Assembly (NCBI RefSeq): GCF_947568905.1
Contig: NC_079164.1
Span: forward strand, 69,068,001-69,132,000
Length of the DNA: 64,000 bases
Source of the DNA: Ostrea edulis
Lineage: Eukaryota
Direction of reading: 5' to 3'
The translations under genes were made by a program, and so were the position numbers. Positions 36,101 through 48,100 of the stretch are shown here, one piece after another (the stretch's first letter is position 1; every line of letters starts with the position of its first letter). Below the pieces are notes generated by a model, which ran no database searches, was not told the DNA's origin, and worked only from the letters and a program-made list of their open reading frames with translations.

Positions 36101-39100
36101 CATGCTTTTTTTTTCTATGGCTGCAATTTTGTGGTTTGTGTCAAAATTAGGTGCAAATTATGATTTTTGCAGAATATATATATTTACAAAGAGTTTTGTG
36201 GTTGAAGGTAATTTACAAAATATGCATTAAAAAGTCATCCTAACTCTCTCAATATACTGTAGGTGCCCTTATGTAGGAATATGGCACTACATGTGTTCTA
36301 AAACATTTAAAAGTTTGTTTTATGTCAATTGTGATTTAATTGTAGGAACAAAAGATTAAAAGGAATAAAAAATACCACAACATGCACCTTTCTAACCATA
36401 AATGTGAATTCTGCTTTGCAGCCCATGCAGTTGGTAACTGTTTTCTCATCAATCCATTTCGCAGATGACTGCATTTTCTGTTCGTATGTTAAACGATCAG
36501 TCTGCTGCCAAAGTGTGTCCTTCTCCCTGTATCAAAAAATAAATTGGTAATTCTAGATTCACCGTTCACAAACTCGAAAGATTTCTTTTTGTTTAGTCAT
36601 TCTGAAATGGCGAGAAATAACAAGATCAAAATAGGATTGCAAATCACATAAGAAATTTCATTTATGGCTGATTGACTTGCTTGACATTAAAAACTAAGGA
36701 ACTTGCACTGTAAGTAGAAATATATTACTATCAACAACATTTAGTGTTGCCCATCATACACTGACAAAGCACCTGATACACAATATTCAGGAAATTGGTC
36801 CGTAGTTTCTATAAGAACGTCTTGTCAAATTTTGGTGCTGAATTTGTGTAATACATGATTCAACAAGGACCTCCTATATTTTTCTGGTAAAAATTAATTT
36901 AAAATCAACAAGTGTCTGTGTCTAATACCAAATATATAAATATGTTCTTTAGCTTATTGCCATTTTTATTAGATGAATACTGAAATCTATAAACTATGAT
37001 AAGGTGGGAAATCAATTATGCACTGCAGTTGATAATGGTCAGCCTGTCAATAAATACTATTTGACCACATGATTTATGACATATTGTTTAAACAAACATG
37101 GAATTCATAGAATCCCTTTAAGGCCAACATTGACAAGGTGTAAATGTCTGCAAATCAGACTGATTGTAGATCAAGACTTCATGACACATCATTTCTCTTT
37201 GTTGGTTATGCTAACATATCATGGAAGAAATTGAACTTAATTTGCATTAATTTATTTTGAAATATACTTACTTTGTAAGTTGAACAATTTTCTTTTTCAG
37301 CTGTTTCATATCACTTTTCAGTTGTGAAATTTCCTTGTCCTTGCCCTCCTCTATAGATTTCAGTTCCTTGCTCTTGTCTTCATCCCGTGCCTTCAGAAAA
37401 CATATCATACATGTATAAAGAATTTTGTCAGATCTGCCCAAAATTTAAAGGCCCATCTCTATCTGCTCCAACACTCGTGAGGTTTCAGAATTTTTTATTG
37501 AAAACTGTCACACAATATTCCAGCATTAAATTCACTTTTAACATTAAACAGCAGATGATGACAAAAATGACTTCTGGTAAGCTTAACATGCATGTGTGTG
37601 TAATCAGAGTGCAAAATTTGGATACTGTTGAATATTTACATTCACTGAATCTTTTCTCATATATTTCACTGAATCTTTTCTCATATATTTCTTTTGAAAT
37701 TGACATTGCTTTCATCATGCAGTAAATACATGTTTGTTGCAAACTAAATCATCCAGTTTTCTAGTTCCACCTGTCTGCAAAATCATTACCAAATATGGAG
37801 TGTCATCAAGGTCAAAGGGTGCATTGACTGTTCCATTTAACGTAACAAATTGGTCAACCATATGATATTTTAGATCTTAATTCTAGTTTATATTTTTGAA
37901 TAATACATAAAAATATAAATGTAAACAATAAAATGTCTTTCTTTGTTGTTTCATCAGGTGATGAAGGTAGCATTCATTGCACACAAAATTGCATATTAAG
38001 TGGGTTATGCATTTTTTCTGCAAATGCTAGCTACCTTCATCATCCGATGAAACAGGGTGATAAAACAACAAAGAAAGCATTTTATTGTTTATAATAAGTA
38101 AAAACTGTATCAGTACAGTACTGTTATTTATAAAGCTATACCCTCACCTTGAACTGTACACATAAATTCTCTTTTAATTCCAATTCTTTTGTTTTCTGGA
38201 AAAAAAAGAAATGGAATACATATATTGCTATTAAACTTGAGTATTCCATAGTTCATGTAAATTACACATGTGTGACAAATTCAATTCATTCATATTATGC
38301 TTATTTCACTTTTAATAGTATAAGGAAATAATCAAGCATTATGCCCCAGTGCATTTGATATGGACAAATTTTTAACACAATTTTACCTGTGTTAAATCCT
38401 CTGTAAGAGTTTCTTTCTCTTTTTCCAACACCAGTATTCGAGAGCTCATCTCTTCAAGCTATATATAAGAAACACATTTGTATTGTATATCCACACTGTT
38501 TTCAATTAATGTTGCCTTACTGGCAACCTTGCTGGCAAAATCAAAATTGATTTACGTTAATGAAGTTGCCAGTTGGCAATATGCACATCCCAATATCAGC
38601 AATGAAGGCAACAGCAGCAACACACGCACCAGTATTGATGGTTTTCATGGAAGAGCCCATAGTTTAATATTTCAATCTGACAACATGATTAAATGGAACT
38701 ACATATTATTTGTAAGACATGTGCTTCATCTGTTTTCCATCAGACATTAAATGTCCAATTGTTTGGCACTTTTTGGATTTCAATTTCCTTCCTCAAATTA
38801 AAGCATTTTCAATTAACAACTGTACCTGCTATTTTGATATATTTTTATAACATATAAAGCAGTTAAAATAGATCCAAAACTAAACATATGAAATTTGTAA
38901 CTTCAAAATATAAGAACTCTGGCATACTTAGTATATGCTATCACTACAATATGGCATTTTATCAAAAAATTCTATTTTTACATTTTCAAGATATCATATG
39001 ATGGTGTAGACTGATATAAAATAAACTTTTTCTGCCACATTATCATTTTACATTATTTAATAAGACAAGAGTGAGTTTGCAAACAAACAATTCATTATGT

Positions 39101-42100
39101 ATTTCATATATCTTCAAAATGAAATTACACAAAAGAAATTTGTATGAAATAAAAAACAATAATCCTAGAAATGTTGGTATATATTCTGATCATGATTTTA
39201 CGATCATTCTTAGACCAACTACTGGGTAGATTGAAATTATAATTACAGCAATTCTCATTCTGTTTTATAGAGAATCAATGTAGTAAAAATCATCACGTTT
39301 CTGTAATGGTTGGTCACAAAACTGTGGGGAGAAACCATGAGGATTTCTGTAGTTCCTAGTTTTTATTTCATCTAAACTGGACCAGAAATGACTTAATTTT
39401 TATTTAGAAAAATGGTTTTGAACGAAATTTGTATAATAAAATATTTTATTTGCAAACCAGCACTTGTCTCACCATTGTATATGCCTGGCATATTTGAAAT
39501 TTATTTTCTGCCTAGTCAGTACAGGGATCAAATTATTAATTTAAAGTATGCATTCTTTTTCAATAGTTCATGTAGTTTGTAATATATTTTCCAACTCATT
39601 TATCTATTTTTATTTGAATTCATACCAAATGTAAAAATCATAAATAATTTGAATAATCTGCTTTAAATAATCATTCCAGTAATGAGTTAATAGTGATTAA
39701 TTATGTTGTTTACATCTCATCAGCTGTACCCTAGAAATGATGACAACTTAATATAGGTGTTAATGGGTAGCTACAGCAGTAAGGACTTTATTATTCATGA
39801 AAAAGGAGACAGGTACTTTATCAATACATACACAGTATCTTGTAACGTGATTTCCAATCAATTGACTATGTAAGCCAGACAACTCGGATTGAGATGATGC
39901 TTCTTAGAACATAAAAGTTATTTAGTGTAACAGGGCCCCTCCCGGGCAGTCTGCATTCTAAATCAGTCATTTAAGAAATAAATTTTATATTTCTATTTTA
40001 CATTCTATTTTCATGACGTTATGAATTGTGACACTTTATGCCTGCATACTTCACGAAGAGCGTTAGCACGCCATGAAAAGTACACTGACGTGAAGCATTG
40101 TTCTTCATACCCTCATGCATTTTCAAAAGTGATATTTATTTCTTATATAATTGTATATTTACATTCTATTTTCATTTCTGTTGGAGAATTCCCAGTCGTT
40201 AAAAGAGACATATACTATATTCATCAAGATTCATACGCACATCATTCACATTCATGAGGAAATGGCTACCATTTCAATTGGTAAAGAGTGTTATCAGGCA
40301 AAAACATTGGAAATGTACATACAAAATATAAAAAAATTGTCGTTTTTTCAGCGATAAGGAAACCTTTGTCTTAAACAAGAGCTGACATTCTGTGTACCTG
40401 TTTGTTGCTGTCCGTACTTTCCATCTCCCGTTCTCTTTTCATGGATGAAAGTTCATCCTCTAATGCCTGTATCTGCGTTGCTTTTTCCTGAAGTTTTTCC
40501 TCATTATTTTTCAGATCATTCTCTTTGGAAGCATAGCTCTGATACAAAGCAAACATTTCACTTACTATACAAAAAAGATACCTTTTAAAATGTCAAATTC
40601 AATGTACTAAAAATCACTGCATGCAACGTATATATTGTGAAATCAATAGAACTCGTGGTGGCTCAATTTTCGTGAAATTCATGGGTACCCCTCACCCATG
40701 AATTTACATCCTCTACGAATATACAATATATATTATATATATATATACAATATATATTACAAATATATAAATCCACAAAATTACGTCCCCACGAACCTGT
40801 AAAAATTCAGCAATCCACGAAAATTGGCCTCCAAGAATTTAAATGATTCTACAGTATACCGTATAAGCAGAATTTTTTAAGCGAGGATTTAATTTTGGCA
40901 TTAATAGCGAGGATGCCGAGATCACAAAAATTGAATATCGCTAACATTTTATTCTATATCGTACAGGTACAGCTGTAGGTAATAATTATCTTTCTTGGAA
41001 TTATGAATTGCTAAAATTAGCTCTCCCTAAATATATATACCAATTTTCATGGAAAAATCATTAAATTTGTGTCTCGCTAAAAATTCCACTTACATGGTAC
41101 ATGCAGCCAGCATGAACATGGCATGTTATGATAAGAGTATGTACTTTGCTTGTTATATAAAACCATTAAATGTAAATACCTGCAAAGACTTCTCATGTTC
41201 AATTTGATCTGAGCTTAACTGAAAGTTTAGAGCTCTAATTTCTTGCTTTAATGATTCATTTTCAGAGTTTAATGTCATTTGTGAGTTCAGCTCTTCTTCT
41301 TGATTCTGCTTCAGCGATTGGTTTTCTGTCATGGCCTTCTCTAAGGAGCAATCCAATCTTTCAATATTCTCAGATTTCTCACTCAATTCACTTTCCAGCT
41401 CCCTTACTTTCTCCCGCAGTGAACCCCTTTCTGAATCAATCTCCGAAACTGTCTTTTCTAAAACAAGACAATTATTCTCCGCTTTCTGTTTTTCAATTTC
41501 CCATTCATTGTCTTTTCTCCTCTGTTCCTCTTCCAGGTCAGTCAATTTTGCTCTAAGTTTACAACTTTCACTTTCCTCCAGTTCTTTAAGTGTATCCATT
41601 TCTTGAGAAAGTTTGGTATTCTCCCCTTGTAACTTTTCAATGTTCTCTAATAATGTCTTCTTTTCTTCACTGAGTTTTAGACTTTCATCTTGAACATTCC
41701 GTAGGTTAACCTCACTGTCCTCCCTGTGTTTCTCAAGTCGACCAATCTCTTCCTGTAACTTAGTTAACTGCACTCCTAATTCGTGTTTTTCACTTTCCAA
41801 TTTTTCCTTCTCATTATACACTGTTTCTAACTGTGAAGAAGTGTTTTTCAGCTGTTCTCCTATGTTTTGAAGATCACTTAGAGCTTCTTCTACTTTCACT
41901 TTTAAATCTGTTCTCTCTGCCTCCTTTTGTTTTAAATCTGTCTCAAGTTCTTTAATGTGTTTCTTTTTCTCCTCTTGCATTGATGAAAATTCACACTCCA
42001 AGTCAAACAATTTAGTTTGTACAACCTTTTTCTTTTCTTCTATAAGTGATTTCTCCTTTTGCACTGTCTCGATGTTGTTTTGAAGTTCACTATTTCTTTT

Positions 42101-45100
42101 AGCAAGTTCCTCCATTTTTCTTGACTGTTCCCCATTTTCAGATGAAAGGGCATCATACTTTTCTTTCCACAACTTAGCCTCATTTTGAGTTCCTCTAACA
42201 CTTTCCTCTAATGTTGACACAGCGCTTTGGAGCTCACTAATTTTCTGTGACTGAGAGGACACAATCTTTTCACCCTCTTTAATTTTCTCTTCCAAAGACT
42301 TTTTAACTACTGTGTTGTCTTCATTTGTTTTACAGCTTTGCTGTAGCTCTGCCTCCGTTTTAGACGACTTTTCTCTCCAAGCTGCCATCTCACTATTTCT
42401 TTCAGTGATCTCTTCCTGTAAATTCTTAATTTGGGTCACACATTCCTCCCTTTGAGTTGAGATTTTCTGTAATTCTATCCCAGTATCAGTCAATTTTTCT
42501 TCCAACTCCTTCATTCTTTTTTCCATGTCCGACACTGTGCTATCCTTCTCCATTATCTTCTGTTGCAGATCTTCAGTTACACACTTTGAATTTTGGATTT
42601 CCTCCTGTAAACTATGTTTTTCCTTTTGTAATTTAGATATTTCAGCAGTTTGATTTTTAATGGTTTGTTTGTTTTCAGTTAAATGATTTTGAAGAGTCGA
42701 GTTTTCTGAAGAAATATCATGTAATTTACATTTTACTGCATTGATATTGTCACATAATTTTCCAACGGTAGAGGAAAATTCAGAATTCCCTTCAACAGAT
42801 GGAGCCTGCAAAAAGGAAATTTAAAAGAAACTTTGTTAATCAAGATATAGACCAAAAATAATAATTTTATTATAACAATTAAAATTACTCAACATTTAAG
42901 TATATCTGAGTAAAGTTTGTTCTAAAATGACAAATTCACTTCATACAACCCTTTAAAAGAGGTCTGAACAAAAACTTTCAGTCAGAGTTATTATACAATG
43001 TATCTAAGATTTCTTACACACTAAATCATTGTATACTTATGCTTGCATTTTCAAGGTCCTATAAAATGTCATTATAACTACGTATATATGTCCATGTATA
43101 TTCTGTGTGGCAACCATATGTATGTAGTGGGGGTAGGGAGTAAAGAACAAAAGTATAAGTGTGAATAAGTTTTGTTCATTTTTAACTGTACAGAATGTGT
43201 ACATGTAGTTCATTAAATGTGAGTACAAAAAATCACCTTCCCAATCTGATTTTCCCCCTCCTCCGATACAACCCACTTGATTGAATGAAGCATATTCTCA
43301 ATGATTTTATCCTTTTCTTTGATAACTTGTAGTTTTTCCTCCACCAGTTTCTGGTTTTCTTCCTTGGAATTACTCACTAGTTCATTTTTCTCATTCACAT
43401 GTTTTAGTTCTGTTCTTAGATTTGAGCATTCTTGTATAAGGTCATCATTTTCATGGGAGAGGTGTGATATTTTTTCATTCAGTTTAGAGCAAGTGCTTGT
43501 TTTCTCTTGTAATGATGATTCCAATGCACAGGCTTTAGTTTGACTTTCATGTAACTGTTCAATTTTCTCTTGAATAAGCATCTTTTCAGCATTTAATTGT
43601 TCATTGAGGTCAGAAATTTGAGAACCATGTTCATTTTTCATTTGTTTCACCTGGTTGGTAATTTCAGATAACTGTTTCTCTTTCTCATCCATGCCTATCT
43701 TGTTCGAGCTCAACTCAGATTCTACACTAGCTTTCTCATTCTCAAGCTGCTTGACTTTTTCTACAGCCCTGTCATGTTTAGCCACAAAATCGCTCAGTTC
43801 CGTTCTGATTTCTTTTAACTGTTGTTGATGACTTCCCCTCTCTATTTCCGCATTTTCCTCTGCTTTCTTAATCTTTCTTTCTAAGTCATTAACATTCTCA
43901 CTCCATTTTTGCTCACACTCAGCCTTCTCTTTCTCTGTCTTTTCAATCTGTAGCTTCCTTGATTCACTTTCTTTCTTCATCTCTTCTAACTGCACGTCTA
44001 GTCGGAGTTTCTCCGCTTCCACTTCCTTTAGAGACCCCACCAGTTCCTGCATTTGATTCACAGAGTCCATCTTAGCCGAGGCTTCGTTATCTTTATTGGC
44101 AATCATTTTCTCCACTCTCTGGAGCAGCTCCTGATTCTTAGACTCCAATATTTTTATTTTATTGTCCTGACTAGAAATTAAATCCGACTTTTTCGTATCG
44201 CCCTCTATGCTGACTGAGAGGTCTGACATCAGAGTTCGCACCTACAATACAAAAGCATTTTAGGAATAACTCTTTTGAAAAACAAGAAAAATAATAATTT
44301 GGTGATTCTATTTGCCTCCATAACTGAAAATTTGTTTATCATGCAAAGTTTAGTTAGGGAGATCTGTTGCTGCTCAAAGACATGTTCATGCATGCATATT
44401 TTCACATGAACACAAATTACTCCGGTATTTTGAGTATAAATTGTAGGTTTGTTATTCATGAAAATAAGCATTTTAAAAGATTTTCCAATACATCCCAAAA
44501 GTAATGCTTTGGATAGAACGAACTCAAATTTAGATCAAACCAGATTGCTTGCCTCTTAATATCATACAAACACACATACTCATAGAACTTCTGATGCTCA
44601 TGCTAGCCATCAAGCTCCAGTATGTAATGTTTTAAAAATAAATCTAACCTCAAACTAATTGCAAAAGAATTAACTTTTAAAATATTCATTTACAGGATTT
44701 AGGATACACAACGTATTGGTAAAAAGCCATTAAAACAGGGGACATTTTCTGAGTCAATTCAAATTCCTATGGAGATATCATTGATAAGGGACATGACTTC
44801 TGCTTCTGTGGGATATTATCTTGAATTTGAACAAAAATTGAGGGAATGCATTGGAAGCAATCATATTCACAACTGCTCATATACATTTTTTTTTTATTTG
44901 GCTACTCAAAAGGTACAAATCTTTTATTGTGCTCTGTATTCAAAATCTCTGACTTCAGGTGATTAACAATAAATTTTATGTTTGACAGTCACAGCAGGAA
45001 AATGCATTTCTATACCTGCATCTGAAGATCAGCATTACTCTTCTCAAGCTCAGTAATTTTAGTCCTGAGGCTGCCATGACTGTCTTGATGGGAGTTTTCC

Positions 45101-48100
45101 AGTTTATCCATTTTCTCTTTAAGTGAATACTCTGCCTCCTCCCTTCTCTTTAGATCCTCCTCCAAGCTCCTCTTTTCCCTCTGGTGAACCTCTTCCTTCA
45201 TTTTCATCTCCTTCTCCTTAGATTCAACTTCTAGACACATCCTATCATAGCTGAAACGCAACACAGAAAAGTTGAAGGGTTTCTTTTACACATCGTAACT
45301 TTTCTATTAATTCAAAAGGCAGCAGTTAAACAAAAATTAATTGCATAATCTTCATACATGTATATACGAGAAGCAATCTATTTAATAAACTAACTATCAT
45401 CACTTTTCATCATCCTGATTCTTATACTTCAGTGTTATGACAAGCTATGAAATGTTCTAACTACAAGGACACTGCAAAACAGCACATCATCTGCATTGTT
45501 CATTGTTTACAAACTATGACCATTAAAACTCAACGCTGTCTTCCTTCCTATAAGCCATCTCTGTATAGTATGAGATTAAAATCAGGACTGGTACTCTTTA
45601 TGTGGTGCCCACATAAGCATGCACACTAATAAGAGCAAGCTCAAAGAAGTACTCCTGTAACATTGTTGTGAGGGGGAGTGTCCCACCTTCTCTGCAGTTC
45701 CTTGTTTTCTGTGGTCAGTGTCTCGAGCTGTCCTTTCAGTTCGCTGTGCTGTCCCTGTAGTACCTCCATCTCTGACTTGGTATGGACCACAGACTGCTGC
45801 AGACTCTTCTTCTGCTGTTCCAAGGCATCTATCTGGTCACCATACTCCTGTCGAAGGCTGTTCTCTACGTCAAATGACTCACTGAATGACTCCCCACGGT
45901 GATCCTGCTGTAAATGTGCAAAATATATCACTTTGTTTTGGTTCCATGAGGCCACATAAACAAGTAAACAATGAGAAGAATCTGATGTTTAACATTCTCC
46001 ACAATTTTTTAAGTAATGGAAAAAAAAAAGACAATTTAAATCTTTAAGAATTTTAAGAGTGTCATTTTCTAATGAGCATGTATTTGTATGCATGCACATT
46101 GATGACACTGCCCATACTGACATACTTACCTGTGAACTGACATACCTACCTGTATACTGACATACTTACCTGTGTATTGACATACTTACCTGTGTACTGA
46201 CATACTTACCTGTGTAATGACATACCTACCTGTATACTGACATACTTACCTGTGTACTGACATACTTACCAGTGTACTGACATACTTACCTGTGTACTGA
46301 CATACTTACCTGTGTACTGACATACTTACCTGTGTACTGACATACGTACCTGTATACTGACATACTTACCTGTGTACTGACATACTTACCTGTGTACTGA
46401 CATACTTACCTGAATACTGATATACTTACCTGTATATTGACATACTTACCTGTGTACTGACATACTTACCTGTGTACTGACATACTTACCAGTGAACTGA
46501 CATACTTACCTGTGTACTGACATACTTGCCTGTGTACTGACATACTTACCTGTGTACTGATTTACTTACCTGTATACTGACATACTTACCTGTGTATTGA
46601 CATACTTACCTGTGAACTGACATACTTACCTGTATATTGATATACTTACCAGTGTACTGACATACTTACCAGTGTAATGACATACTTACCTGAATACTGA
46701 TATACTTACCTGTATATTGACATACTTACCTGTGTATACTGACATACTTGCCTGTGTATTGTGTATTATGAGGCTGTTTACAATGGGTTACCTGTATTGG
46801 TATACTGATGAGGCTACTCATGCTGTCTGCACGACTTGGTGGATTCCAGCTGTAGTTACCTTGTTGTGTCCTCCTGCAAAACATGAAATATATATAGAGA
46901 TGATGAAATACTGCATGTTTTCAGATATCTCAACACAAAAAGAAACATACACAAAAAACCTTCGTATATGGCTTTCTTAATATTAATTCTGGGCAGAAAT
47001 GATCCAACACTGTTCATTCAAAAAATATATTGAGTCTTCTAATCAAAATCAGAACCTTTGATCCACTCACTTATTTCACAACACATTTTGAAAGTTGGCT
47101 GGCAATTTAAGTAAGAGGATCATGTGTCTTTTTAAAACAGCTACACAAGCATATACAACCATTAAGTGTTGGAATGTAAATATTGCAATAAAATTACTGA
47201 TAAACTTTTTAATTTCATTCCTTCATTTTCTATTTTGTGCAGTAACTCTAATATTTTCTTTTCCATGAAGATGATAATAAGCATCATTACTTTGCAAATG
47301 ATGGCCAAGCATTGTCCAAGTCATAACCCCTAGCAGCAAGGTCAAACTGGAGTTCACTGAGGTCATACAGGTTACTGATCAATGAGCTGCTTTTGTCATG
47401 ATTTAGCCAGAGTGACTTTGGGTGGAAATAATCACTACAAATATAAATAAAGTCTTGAGAAGAAGGTTAACACTCAGAATGATTGATAATTCATTGACCA
47501 GATTTCATATAAGAAAATGTAATCATATAGTTTTCTTGAATTGGATAACTCTGATTGATCATTAGTTCACAGTAAGTTTCCTACTTTCTAAATTATTACA
47601 GTTTGAACAAAATACACTTCTTTTAAAAACATTTGATACATAGTAAATTCTAAATTGATAATTTGACAAGTTTTAGTCTTTTTGAATTTAAAAATTACAG
47701 TAGATTCCTTATAAGCATACAACATAACATAAATACTTATTTTTACATACAAAAAAAAACCCCAAACAAACAAAACACTGTGAGAATGCACAGCTGTATG
47801 TGCTATATGTTTAAGGTCTTCATGAAAGGATAGATAAAACTTATGTAAAAGCAAGACTTTTGTATTCATGAATAATACATGTACTTTAATGCTTCTCACA
47901 AAATAACAATGAATCTACAGATTTCTATCAATTGCTGAAGCCTCAACAACATATAAGATATTTCTACACAGTAAATATCTCCTGAAATCATGCATTACTA
48001 GATGATGGTTTTTCATTCCTTTATATTACATGCATCTTTATTATAATGTATACACCACATGCTCTTACCAAACACGATTTTTGTAGGTAACAGGCTGGAG

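Noticed and set aside
41251-45902. + strand ORFs 41251..41556, 41331..41606, 43301..43543, 45678..45902
   Set aside because: S/F/L-rich antisense shadows of the FYCO1 coiled-coil exons.
46121-46760. U1 snRNA gene cluster or CRISPR-like array
   Set aside because: Only the first 11 nt of U1 match, with none of the U1 stem-loops or Sm site following. Units are contiguous with no unique spacers and there are no cas genes.
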